From: a virus
Lineage: Duplodnaviria; Heunggongvirae; Uroviricota; Caudoviricetes; Demerecviridae
Length of the DNA stretch: 55,414 bases
Virus record (IMG/VR): IMGVR_UViG_3300016480_000208
Direction: 5' to 3' (one strand)
This document shows positions 1 to 7,189 of the stretch, one piece after another; the stretch's first letter is position 1; every line of letters starts with the position of its first letter. The notes under the pieces are model-generated. The model saw only the letters and a list, made by a program, of their open reading frames with translations. It did no database searches and had not been told where the DNA came from. Made by a program: the position numbers and the translations under genes.

Positions 1-35
1 AGGTTCTGTGGGTTCGAGTCCCACCGAGAGTACCA
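1..35 (+). tRNA. 3' fragment of a tRNA (probably Leu), cut by the window edge
   Basis: T-arm GTGGG-TTCGAGT-CCCAC, acceptor 3' strand and CCA; closely resembles the 3' part of the Leu(TAA) tRNA at 4804; anticodon not visible. Confidence 0.8.
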
Positions 36-41
36 AATTAT

Positions 42-119
42 AGAGGGGTAGCTCCAAGTGGTTAGAGCATTCGTTTCATACGCGAACGCGTGTCGGTTCG
101 ATTCCGACCCCCTCTACCA
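42..119 (+). tRNA. tRNA-Met (CAT)
   Basis: Acceptor AGAGGGG/CCCCTCT, anticodon arm TTCGT-TTCATAC-GCGAA, T-loop TTCGATT, CCA. Confidence 0.9.
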
Positions 120-135
120 AATTATGTATTGAGTA

Positions 136-209
136 GTTGCTGTAGTTCAGCGGTTAGAACCCCCCGGGTCGGTCTGGGTACGTCGAAGGTTCGAATCCTT
201 CCAGCAGAT
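136..209 (+). pseudogene. Degenerate tRNA or tRNA-like RNA
   Basis: Good D-arm (GTTC/GAAC), T-arm (GAAGG-TTCGAAT-CCTTC) and acceptor TTGCTG/CAGCAG, but the anticodon arm is non-canonical and there is no CCA. Confidence 0.6.
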
Positions 210-226
210 AGTCTCAGTATATGATA

Positions 227-303
227 ACACAGCTGAATGCGGGTTCGATTCTCGTCTCTGGTAGACCCCAGGGTAGCCTTAACGGTAAAGGCAGAGGTTG
301 TGG
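227..303 (+). ncRNA. Circularly permuted tRNA mimic (YrlA/bacterial Y RNA-like)
   Basis: Order is 5' stem CACAGCT, T-arm GCGGG-TTCGATT-CTCGT, closed acceptor hairpin CTCTGG-TAGACC-CCAGGG, TA, D-arm GCCTT-AACGGTA-AAGGC, 3' stem GGTTGTG. Confidence 0.7.
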
Positions 304-510
304 TGCCAAAGTCGGGCACAGAAAAACAGACTACAAGATATAGAGTTGGCCCTGCTATTTACCTGTCACGTCAGGCACAACTAAAAAACGTAGAATCCCG
401 CAGCAAGAAGGATTCCCTCTCTATATGAAATGCGCGCAATGGTTGAGCCTTGCAACCTAAAAGAAAGGCAGCTAATAAGTGCTTTCCAAAGAGAGTATTT
501 ATTAGTTAAT

Positions 511-587
511 GGGGAAATGACGGAACTGGCATACGTGTCATCTTCAAACGGTGAATTTTCTGGGTTCGACTCCCAGTTTCCCTACCA
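511..587 (+). tRNA. tRNA-Leu (CAA), short variable arm
   Basis: Anticodon arm TCATC-TTCAAAC-GGTGA; Leu-type D-loop; CCA. Confidence 0.8.
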
Positions 588-592
588 AAATT

Positions 593-669
593 AGTACTAC
601 CTTGGGAGAATGCGCTTCGGTACCGAGGCAAAATTCAAGAGTGGGATTAAAGGCCCTTTAGGTAGTACT
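593..669 (+). ncRNA. Structured spacer RNA candidate
   Basis: Perfect 10-bp closing stem AGTACTACCT/AGGTAGTACT with internal hairpins, lying between tRNAs. Confidence 0.4.
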
Positions 670-671
670 TT

Positions 672-746
672 GGAGCTGTAGCTGAAATGGATTAGCATCT
701 GGTTGAAGCCCAGAAGATGTTGGATCGTTACCAACCGGCTCCACCA
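672..746 (+). tRNA. tRNA-Phe (GAA)
   Basis: Anticodon arm TCTGG-TTGAAGC-CCAGA; cloverleaf; CCA. Confidence 0.88.
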
Positions 747-751
747 ATTTT

Positions 752-826
752 GCGGCTATAGTGTTAATGGTAACACGAGACCTTGCCAAGGTTTAATTAT
801 CGGTTCGAGTCCGATTAGTCGCTCCA
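752..826 (+). tRNA. tRNA-Gly (GCC)
   Basis: Anticodon arm AGACC-TTGCCAA-GGTTT; CCA. Confidence 0.92.
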
Positions 827-831
827 ATTAT

Positions 832-905
832 GCAGTTAAGCACAAGGCGTGTCGCCGGCCTTCCAAGCCGCGCAGAGTAGGGTTCGATTCCCTCTAGCTG
901 CTCCA
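832..905 (+). tRNA. tRNA-Gly (TCC)
   Basis: Anticodon arm CGGC-CTTCCAA-GCCG; CCA. Confidence 0.9.
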
Positions 906-1003
906 AATTTGGTTCCCTTGAAGCTGGGACGTAAGCACAAGATTAAAACGGAAGCCTTTAATGTCTTGTGGCCAATAGCGTATTTTCTACTACGAAATAT
1001 TCT

Positions 1004-1032
1004 TTGCATAACACGGGATTTCTTGTTATAAT
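1004..1032 (+). promoter_or_regulatory. T5-type early sigma70 promoter
   Basis: TTGCAT-N17-TATAAT, AT-rich UP element, PN25-like downstream ATAAATTGATGA. Confidence 0.85.
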
Positions 1033-1065
1033 ATTCCTATAAATTGATGAACAAGGAATTTCATA

Positions 1066-1230
1066 ATGAAGAATAAGTATTTTCGTCCATTATCAGAATG
1101 GTCACTCAAAGAGCTAGAAGAATCTATTAGTACTACAAAAAACTTTCTATTAAAGCGAGAAAGTGTGGCACTCAAAGATTACCTTGCCAAATTACTTGTA
1201 GAACGTACAAGTAGAATAGGTAAAAAATAA
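1066..1230 (+). CDS. Hypothetical protein (54 aa)
   Basis: AAGGA RBS after the promoter; MKNKYFRPLSEWSLKELEES...; TAA stop. Confidence 0.75.
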   Translation: MKNKYFRPLSEWSLKELEESISTTKNFLLKRESVALKDYLAKLLVERTSRIGKK

Positions 1231-1234
1231 TTAC

Positions 1235-1309
1235 GGGGCTATAGTATAATGGCTATTATCGGTCACTGTCTATGACAAGATGAGGGTTCGATTCCCTCTA
1301 GTCCCGCCA
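1235..1309 (+). tRNA. tRNA-Asp (GTC)
   Basis: Anticodon arm GTCA-CTGTCTA-TGAC; CCA. Confidence 0.9.
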
Positions 1310-1315
1310 ATTAAT

Positions 1316-1391
1316 GCTTCCATCGACTAAACGGTCAGGTCGCCAGACTTTCAATCTGGAAATGCGAGTTCGATTCTCGCTGGGAGTACCA
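1316..1391 (+). tRNA. tRNA-Glu (TTC)
   Basis: Anticodon arm CCAGA-CTTTCAA-TCTGG; CCA. Confidence 0.92.
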
Positions 1392-1394
1392 AAT

Positions 1395-1466
1395 TCAGGG
1401 CGCAGGCAACAGGAACTCCGTTGTGGTGGTTGCCAATAAGTACGCAGCGACGAGTGAGACCCCTGA
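1395..1466 (+). ncRNA. Structured spacer RNA candidate
   Basis: Closing stem TCAGGG/CCCTGA and internal GGCAAC/GTTGCC stem. Confidence 0.35.
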
Positions 1467-1639
1467 ATAAAAAGCAACCCGGCCCTCTCCCAGAAGTGGT
1501 GATGGAGCTTCCTTTCCTGTAATAAGGTTCCTGTCCGTGACGGGTAAAAGGTTACATTCGGCTAATTTAAAGACCTGAGTTTACAGGTGAAAGGGAGATT
1601 GAGCTTGACTTTTGTTCAACCGTACCTCCCACTTATTTC

Positions 1640-1715
1640 ACTAGGTTAGTACAATAGGTTAGTACAAACGGCTGATAACCGTTAGACACAGGTTCGATTC
1701 CTGTACCTAGTACCA
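1640..1715 (+). tRNA. tRNA-Ile (GAT)
   Basis: Anticodon arm AACGG-CTGATAA-CCGTT; CCA. Confidence 0.92.
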
Positions 1716-1720
1716 ATTTT

Positions 1721-1795
1721 GTTTGGTTAGTTTAACAGGCAAAACACCGCCTTGGTAAGGCGGAATCGCAGGTTCGACTCCTGCACTGAACACCA
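1721..1795 (+). tRNA. tRNA-Thr (GGT)
   Basis: Anticodon arm CCGCC-TTGGTAA-GGCGG; CCA. Confidence 0.9.
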
Positions 1796-1796
1796 T

Positions 1797-1871
1797 GCCT
1801 CTAAAGCATTGATGGCGATGCAACTGCCTTGTAAGCAGTGGAACTGAGTTCGATTCTCTGTGGGGGCTCCA
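1797..1871 (+). tRNA. tRNA-Thr (TGT)
   Basis: Anticodon arm ACTGC-CTTGTAA-GCAGT; CCA. Confidence 0.92.
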
Positions 1872-1877
1872 AATTTC

Positions 1878-1962
1878 GGAAGATTCGCATAATGGTATTG
1901 CAGCGGCTTGCTAAGCCGTGGACCGAAAGGTTCTGTGAGTTCGACCCTCACATCTTCCTCCA
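1878..1962 (+). tRNA. tRNA-Ser (GCT)
   Basis: Anticodon arm GCGGC-TTGCTAA-GCCGT; long variable arm; CCA. Confidence 0.92.
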
Positions 1963-1977
1963 ATTATAGGATTAGTT

Positions 1978-2208
1978 ATGACTACTACTGAAAAACTTGC
2001 AGAGGCTGAAGCTAAATTACTGAAACTCCAAGCCAAAGTAGCAAAGCTAAGGCTTAGAAAACAGAATGAGTGTGATCATGTGTACCTACTTACAGGTAGT
2101 TATAATGATGACGATGGGTACTCTCGTAGGGTATGCACTCAAGTAAACACCTATACTTGCGCTTTATGCAGTCACTCGTACAAAGAAAAGCGTGAGTTCA
2201 ATGCTTAA
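1978..2208 (+). CDS. Hypothetical protein (N-terminal coiled coil, Cys-containing C-terminus)
   Basis: 76-aa ORF with AGGA RBS; TAA stop. Confidence 0.7.
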   Translation: MTTTEKLAEAEAKLLKLQAKVAKLRLRKQNECDHVYLLTGSYNDDDGYSRRVCTQVNTYTCALCSHSYKEKREFNA

Positions 2209-2209
2209 T

Positions 2210-2299
2210 AGAAGGTTCGCATAATGGTATTGCAGCAGCCTGGAAAGCTGTAGACACCTAAGTAGGGTCTTGTGGGTTCGAGTCCCACACCTTCTGCCA
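2210..2299 (+). tRNA. tRNA-Ser (GGA)
   Basis: Anticodon arm GCAGC-CTGGAAA-GCTGT; long variable arm; CCA. Confidence 0.92.
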
Positions 2300-2304
2300 A
2301 TTTA

Positions 2305-2394
2305 GTGGGCAACGTAGGCAAACTGGTAAAGCTGGCCTCTTATAGCTTATAGCGAACGAGGCGTTTGTGAGTTCGAGGCTCACCGTATACCCAC
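2305..2394 (+). pseudogene. tRNA-like element with an expanded 18-nt anticodon loop
   Basis: D-arm, GCCTC/GAGGC stem enclosing TTATAGC-TTATAGC-GAAC, T-arm GTGAG/CTCAC, interrupted acceptor, no CCA. Confidence 0.55.
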
Positions 2395-2404
2395 ACTATT
2401 TAAA

Positions 2405-2498
2405 GGAAGGTCAATCCGATAGCCGGCGACGGAAGCGGTCTTGAAAACCGTCGAGGGTTAACAGCCCCTTGTGAGTTCGACCCTCACACCTTCCGCCA
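2405..2498 (+). tRNA. tRNA-Ser (TGA)
   Basis: Anticodon arm GCGGT-CTTGAAA-ACCGT; long variable arm; CCA. Confidence 0.92.
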
Positions 2499-2574
2499 GA
2501 TTCCGTAAACTCTGGGAAAGAGAGTTTTATGATCTATGGCCAGTATACACTTTTGTACTGGCTCTTTTTATTCC

Positions 2575-2651
2575 GGCCCCATAGCTCAACTGGTCAGAGC
2601 GCTCGGCTCATAACCGATAGGTTACCGGTTCAAGTCCGGTTGGGGACACCA
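2575..2651 (+). tRNA. tRNA with CAT anticodon, Ile2 (lysidine)-like
   Basis: Starts GGCCCC like enterobacterial tRNA-Ile2; loop CTCATAA; CCA. Confidence 0.8.
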
Positions 2652-2676
2652 ATTCTTAATATCTGGAGAACATGTT

Positions 2677-2835
2677 ATGTCTTGGCTTCTATTTTTTATT
2701 GCTGTAGGTTTTGCTTTGTGGTATCGTAAGCAGTATATTGAGGCTGAGCGGTCATGCCATTTCTGGATTAAAAGCACAGAAGAGTGGAAAGAAAAGTTCC
2801 ACGAAGTCGTTCGTGAAGTAACTAATAAAAAATAA
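2677..2835 (+). CDS. Small membrane protein (52 aa)
   Basis: GGAG RBS; MSWLLFFIAVGFALWYRK... hydrophobic N-terminus; TAA. Confidence 0.7.
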   Translation: MSWLLFFIAVGFALWYRKQYIEAERSCHFWIKSTEEWKEKFHEVVREVTNKK

Positions 2836-2856
2836 GGGCCTTAGTGCCCTTTTTAT
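2836..2856 (+). terminator. Rho-independent terminator
   Basis: GGGC-CTTAGT-GCCC followed by a T-tract. Confidence 0.6.
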
Positions 2857-2869
2857 TTCACTTCATTAT

Positions 2870-2898
2870 TTGTGAATTTCCCAGTTTCTTGCTATAAT
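2870..2898 (+). promoter_or_regulatory. T5-type early promoter
   Basis: TTGTGA-N17-TATAAT followed by ATAAATTGATGA. Confidence 0.8.
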
Positions 2899-2931
2899 AT
2901 TTATATAAATTGATGAGAAGGAAATTGAGAA

Positions 2932-3324
2932 ATGCACAAACATATTACAGAAGAATCTAGCTACTTCAGCTCAGAAATGCCTACCAACTACTTGTGTGGC
3001 GTCACCTTTATCTGGCAACTGGCTAAAGATTATGGTAATGGGGAAGTACTGGAAACTGCTTCATCCTATGTACCAGAATTTGCCCTAAATGGATTTCTAC
3101 AAGCCCTGCTCCACGACTTGTTTACTTATGATGAATTCCCTCCTTACGAAGAATTTGAGGAGGAACACTCTGAGGAGCTGTTTGACCAAGTAGAGCGATA
3201 CGGGTTCCCTCCTATTAAGTATATTATTGAACAGAACAGAAATTGCGAAGCTAAGCTATCTCTGATATTTGCTTTCCAACTTGATGAAACTATGCGTATG
3301 CGTAAGGTGGTGCTCAATGGCTAG
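2932..3324 (+). CDS. Hypothetical protein (130 aa; the only ORF here that ends at a lone TAG)
   Basis: ORF track; AAGGA RBS; overlaps the next start (ATGGCTAG). Confidence 0.75.
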   Translation: MHKHITEESSYFSSEMPTNYLCGVTFIWQLAKDYGNGEVLETASSYVPEFALNGFLQALLHDLFTYDEFPPYEEFEEEHSEELFDQVERYGFPPIKYIIEQNRNCEAKLSLIFAFQLDETMRMRKVVLNG

Positions 3325-3568
3325 GAAATGGACTACCCTGGAACGCCTCAAAAATGATATGTGGGAAGAGAGTCGTCAGTTCTTTAGAGAAGATGATCTG
3401 TATGACCTGCTTCGCCTCATGTTTCGCTTGAAGGCCTGTGTGGATTTTAAACTTAACCGTGTTACGGTAGCTGTAGGTGTACACAACCTAGTATTTAGTG
3501 CAGAGAACATCGTAGTAGCTATGAAAAATGCTATGATGCGGGTAGAGGAGATCGAACAAAATGATTGA
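3317..3568 (+). CDS. Hypothetical protein
   Basis: MARKWTTLERLKNDMW...; start overlaps the upstream stop. Confidence 0.7.
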   Translation: MARKWTTLERLKNDMWEESRQFFREDDLYDLLRLMFRLKACVDFKLNRVTVAVGVHNLVFSAENIVVAMKNAMMRVEEIEQND

Positions 3569-3668
3569 CTATTGTCCTATGTGTGAGTCGGAAGAATTAG
3601 ACCACTTCATGAATGGGGAAACCTACTGCCAAGAATGCGGGCATACCCATAATGAGGAAGAAGAGTGA
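3561..3668 (+). CDS. Small zinc-ribbon protein (35 aa)
   Basis: MIDYCPMCESEELDHFMNGETYCQECGHTH..., two CxxC motifs; GAGGAG RBS. Confidence 0.7.
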   Translation: MIDYCPMCESEELDHFMNGETYCQECGHTHNEEEE

Positions 3669-3922
3669 TGATTTTACTATTTTCAGGACTGTATGTACTT
3701 CTTTGTATTCTTGCCTTTTTAGTGTGGCATGACTTTATCGCGGCCCCTGATGAAAAGTCCTTGACAGGGAGGATTGTAGTTAAGCGTAAGTGGCTTAGGG
3801 TGCTGGCGCGCATGAGTATGTTGCTATTTGGCCCCCTATGGTTCTTAGCGCTCATACTGGGAGCTGTGTATATGGCAATAACCCGTATTATTGTAACAAC
3901 TTTCCGAAGACTCACTAAGTGA
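3665..3922 (+). CDS. Membrane protein with two TM helices
   Basis: Two hydrophobic stretches; overlaps upstream stop. Confidence 0.7.
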   Translation: MMILLFSGLYVLLCILAFLVWHDFIAAPDEKSLTGRIVVKRKWLRVLARMSMLLFGPLWFLALILGAVYMAITRIIVTTFRRLTK

Positions 3923-3966
3923 TTACAAAGTCTATTGCAATTAACCCTGTATAAAGGATTTATAAA

Positions 3967-4287
3967 ATGAAACTAGAAACTTACGAGTATGATGAACCGC
4001 CAGGTGGTGCAGAACTTTGTTGTGGTATGTGTGGTAGTGTAATGTACTCAGATCCACATGCAGGAAGTGGGGACGACCACCATGTGTGTACTAACTGTGG
4101 GTACGTTTTGGCCTGTAGTTTTCAACACCAAGACCCGCCAACCATTGGAGTAAACTTCGGCTTTGCCAGACCCAATGCCTGGATCATCGAATCGGCAAAA
4201 GCTAAGCTGGCAACAGATATTAATAAGCATAAATGGTGTGTTGTAGAGGGTTCGGACGGCCAGTTCAGGCTCTACATACTTAACTAA
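3967..4287 (+). CDS. Hypothetical zinc-ribbon protein
   Basis: CGMCG...CTNCG; AAGGA RBS. Confidence 0.7.
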   Translation: MKLETYEYDEPPGGAELCCGMCGSVMYSDPHAGSGDDHHVCTNCGYVLACSFQHQDPPTIGVNFGFARPNAWIIESAKAKLATDINKHKWCVVEGSDGQFRLYILN

Positions 4288-4364
4288 AGGTACATACTAT
4301 GTATAAGCTAAGATGGAGTAAGGTTTTCTTTCATTGAGGTACGTTAACTTAGTGAGGAAAACAT

Positions 4365-4763
4365 ATGTCTAGAACAATCAGAAGAAAGAATGGCTGTCAC
4401 CACTTTACCCCTAGCTCTAATCTGCTAAATCCTGTTTGGATTAATGAACAGAAAGAAGTAGATGGTATTTGGTATGTGGGTTGCTACGAGAGAGTCCGTA
4501 AAACTCGGGAGATAGTTCTTAACTGGTATTCTATCGAAGAATACATTGAAAATGAGAGGAAGTCTTACCATGAACGCTGGGGTAAATACGAGCATCGTGA
4601 TAAGAAAGTTCTTCGTCACTATTCAAAATCAGTGAAGCACTATTATAATCGTGCTGGTCGTGCTAACAAGCGTAAGCAATGTTATGATCTTATGAAAGAC
4701 CCCGAGGCAGACTTTCTGCTGGAGACAGCATATCAAAAGGGCATAGTCTGGGTCTTTGATTGA
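4365..4763 (+). CDS. Hypothetical phage protein
   Basis: 132 aa; GAGG RBS; basic MSRTIRRK start seen in many phage hypotheticals. Confidence 0.75.
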   Translation: MSRTIRRKNGCHHFTPSSNLLNPVWINEQKEVDGIWYVGCYERVRKTREIVLNWYSIEEYIENERKSYHERWGKYEHRDKKVLRHYSKSVKHYYNRAGRANKRKQCYDLMKDPEADFLLETAYQKGIVWVFD

Positions 4764-4803
4764 GTATTTAAATCTGAGCACTTACGAGTGCTCTTTCTTA
4801 AAT

Positions 4804-4880
4804 GCTCCCATGATGGAATTGGCATACATACTAGACTTAAAATCTAGGTTCTGTGGGTTCGAATCCCACTGGGAGTACCA
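4804..4880 (+). tRNA. tRNA-Leu (TAA), short variable arm
   Basis: Anticodon arm CTAGA-CTTAAAA-TCTAG; CCA. Confidence 0.92.
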
Positions 4881-4897
4881 ATTCAATAAAATACTTA

Positions 4898-4926
4898 TAG
4901 CCAATAACGCGAAATTATGAGATAAT
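4898..4926 (+). promoter_or_regulatory. T5-type early promoter
   Basis: TAGCCA-N17-GATAAT followed by the shared AAATCGGGAG motif. Confidence 0.55.
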
Positions 4927-4952
4927 ATTCTTATGAAATCGGGAGAGCTTCT

Positions 4953-5315
4953 ATGAAGATGAAAAAGTGTATTTCAGAGGGTAAGTTTAAGCGCGTATGT
5001 GAAATGCCTGACACCACGCTGCTTATCGCAACTGATATACTAGAGAGGCCTGAGCTGGTGATGTGGCATCACTTGGTCACTGTTAAGGGGAATTACACAG
5101 TAACCCAGACCTTGATAGCTAGAAACAAAGGTTATTACTACTACCAGTACAAAGATTGGACAGGTGAGTGTAAGCACTATCGTACAGTTAAGGTTCCTGG
5201 GCATTTAGGTCTTGTAACTGGGATCCCACTTCTTATCAGTAGGGGTGGAAGAATAGAAGTTGAGCGTCCTTTTAAAAGTACCAAAGCTTTCGGAGCAAAA
5301 ATAGAATTAGTTTAA
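4953..5315 (+). CDS. Hypothetical protein
   Basis: 120-aa ORF; GGAGAG RBS. Confidence 0.7.
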   Translation: MKMKKCISEGKFKRVCEMPDTTLLIATDILERPELVMWHHLVTVKGNYTVTQTLIARNKGYYYYQYKDWTGECKHYRTVKVPGHLGLVTGIPLLISRGGRIEVERPFKSTKAFGAKIELV

Positions 5316-5329
5316 GCATTCGTATGAAT

Positions 5330-5492
5330 GCTTTGTCAGTGGTTGACGAGATTGGATGTACTAGGGTTCGAATCCCAGTAGGCCTAATGGTGGCATAGTA
5401 AGTTGCAACCTTTCAATCTCAGGGATAATGAGCATTCTCTAGGGCGGCCTGATCAGCTTTAGGCCCTTCCCAGCTCCAATCACTGACAAAGC
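5330..5492 (+). ncRNA. About 163-nt structured RNA with T-loop and D-loop-like elements
   Basis: Long closing stem GCTTTGTCAGTGGTTG/CAATCACTGACAAAGC; inner GAGATTG/CAATCTC; T-arm GGG-TTCGAAT-CCC followed by GCC-TAATGGT-GGC. Confidence 0.6.
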
Positions 5493-5568
5493 GTTCCTAT
5501 AGTTCAATCGGATAGAATTGCCCTCTCCTAAAGGGCGGATTCCCGTTCAAGTCGGGATAGGAACACCA
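5493..5568 (+). tRNA. tRNA-Arg (CCT)
   Basis: Anticodon arm GCCCT-CTCCTAA-AGGGC; CCA. Confidence 0.88.
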
Positions 5569-5574
5569 ATTTAA

Positions 5575-5650
5575 GCTCCCTTAGTCTAGTGGATAAGGCA
5601 ACTGGCTTCTAACCAGTTAAACGTAGGTTCGAATCCTACAGGGAGTACCA
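5575..5650 (+). tRNA. tRNA-Arg (TCT)
   Basis: Anticodon arm ACTGG-CTTCTAA-CCAGT; CCA. Confidence 0.92.
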
Positions 5651-5706
5651 ATTTCATTTATAGGAGTCGTCATGAATCACCCAACAAAGCTTAAAGGAGA
5701 CAATGA

Positions 5707-6084
5707 ATGATCAATGTGGAACAAATGTTAAACATTGGTAGAGACTGTGGCCTAATCACAGTTTACGAGGCATGGAGCCAAGTACAAAGCCATTGGGATG
5801 TGTTTTTTGAACTTGATAAGTTTGCAGAACAGCAAACCGTACTCAACTACGAAATGTTTGAAAAAGGTTTACTGGAGTTGAGCGAAGATGGCAAAACTCG
5901 GTACAAGTGGCCAGAAAAAGATGAGACCATTGTAGATGCTATGAATCGTCTGGGTATGGTCTATGTAGAACCAGATTGGGACAAGGTCGAAAACGAATCT
6001 AGGCTTGCCGAAGGCAACATATGTGGGCTCCCCTGTGACGACATTGTGCTTGATAATCCAGAGGAGGGTGACGGTGTACTGTAA
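5707..6084 (+). CDS. Hypothetical protein
   Basis: 125 aa; AAGGAG RBS. Confidence 0.75.
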   Translation: MINVEQMLNIGRDCGLITVYEAWSQVQSHWDVFFELDKFAEQQTVLNYEMFEKGLLELSEDGKTRYKWPEKDETIVDAMNRLGMVYVEPDWDKVENESRLAEGNICGLPCDDIVLDNPEEGDGVL

Positions 6085-6334
6085 AGACTGCGGCGAAGTA
6101 ATGGAAGGTGATGGTTTTAGTGTTGTAGTCCACTGCCCTAATGCTGACTTCCTATTCTGGTATGACAAAGAGCCTGATGCCTCCCCGGTACACTGTGAGA
6201 ATACAGGTCAGTGCTCCTACTGTCAAGGTACGGGAGAGGTTGAAGGTATCCCAATTGACGGAGGCCCACACTACCGCTGGATGAAGCCTAAAAAGCATAA
6301 GTGCTACAAATGTACTGGTACAGGACACACTTAA
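6068..6334 (+). CDS. Zinc-finger protein with DnaJ-type CxxCxGxG repeats
   Basis: GTG start after GAGGAG; CKDCG, CSYCQGTG, CYKCTGTG. Confidence 0.7.
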   Translation: MTVYCKDCGEVMEGDGFSVVVHCPNADFLFWYDKEPDASPVHCENTGQCSYCQGTGEVEGIPIDGGPHYRWMKPKKHKCYKCTGTGHT

Positions 6335-6549
6335 TGAAAGTATTCTGCCACAGATATAAGTGGGGCCACGAGGGGAGGCGGCGCAAGCTGTTCTCCCTTC
6401 TAAACTCTGGCTCAGCCAAAATATTGGAAACCAATAAAGACGGCTGGTTATTTGACATAGATGGTAAAGTGTACGGAGTCAATAGGCGTGGACAAATCTA
6501 CAAAAGAGTTACTGAAAGTCAATCACCCTCTGTCGAAGGCACTACGTGA
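6334..6549 (+). CDS. Hypothetical protein
   Basis: TAATG overlap with the upstream stop. Confidence 0.6.
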   Translation: MKVFCHRYKWGHEGRRRKLFSLLNSGSAKILETNKDGWLFDIDGKVYGVNRRGQIYKRVTESQSPSVEGTT

Positions 6550-6691
6550 ATACGTTGCGGCTACGTGGAAGGAGCCGTGGTTTGTTTCTTACGTGGTTAA
6601 GGAAGGTAACACACTATACTACCAAATCAGCAACGCATCTACCCACAAGTATAAGAAACTTACCATGAAAGTACGTCATTTAAAAACTTAA
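6461..6691 (+). CDS. Hypothetical protein (start uncertain)
   Basis: ORF track; fills the gap to a terminator-like hairpin. Confidence 0.5.
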   Translation: MVKCTESIGVDKSTKELLKVNHPLSKALREYVAATWKEPWFVSYVVKEGNTLYYQISNASTHKYKKLTMKVRHLKT

Positions 6692-6768
6692 GCTGCGCCA
6701 CAGACGCAGCTTTTTCTTTACCCTTAAAACGTTACGTGTAACAATGTAAATTAAAAATAAAGTAATCA

Positions 6769-6797
6769 TTGAAGAAAAGCCCTTTTATTGATATAAT
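6769..6797 (+). promoter_or_regulatory. T5-type early promoter
   Basis: TTGAAG-N17-TATAAT with UP element and AAATCGGGA. Confidence 0.8.
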
Positions 6798-6820
6798 ATT
6801 TACATGAAATCGGGAATGGT

Positions 6821-7183
6821 TTGGAGGTATTTATGTGGGTAGCCTATCTAAAAGACTATAATATAGAAGATATGGGTGACGTAATCATCTATATTGAAAA
6901 TACTGTAACTGGTATTAAACGAGAGATAGATGTTGGGCTTCGTCGTAGTGGGGAGCCTGGTGATAAATCATGGCAACCCAGTACTCGAACTCTGGAAAGT
7001 TTTGGTCTTACTAGAAAAGAGTGGGAAGACAATATACTACAGTTCTGCGATTGGCTAGGTAAAGAACTGCCTGTACAAGAAAAATATAATATCAGGACTT
7101 TTGACTACTGTTTTGAAGATCAACTCTCCCTTGAAGCCGCAGAGGCAATGGTTACAGCGTTTAATAACCAACAACTTAGGTAA
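6821..7183 (+). CDS. Hypothetical protein (probable ATG start at 6833)
   Basis: GGAGG precedes the ATG at 6833. Confidence 0.7.
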   Translation: MEVFMWVAYLKDYNIEDMGDVIIYIENTVTGIKREIDVGLRRSGEPGDKSWQPSTRTLESFGLTRKEWEDNILQFCDWLGKELPVQEKYNIRTFDYCFEDQLSLEAAEAMVTAFNNQQLR

Positions 7184-7189
7184 TTAAAA

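Noticed and set aside
511-587. Loop read as TCA (opal or Sec tRNA)
   Set aside because: The stem TCATC/GGTGA fixes the loop as TTCAAAC, anticodon CAA. Short-armed Leu tRNAs are already known from T5.
5575-5650. Loop CTTCTAA read as a CTA amber suppressor
   Set aside because: The 7-nt loop register gives TCT (Arg), and there is no G3:U70 pair.
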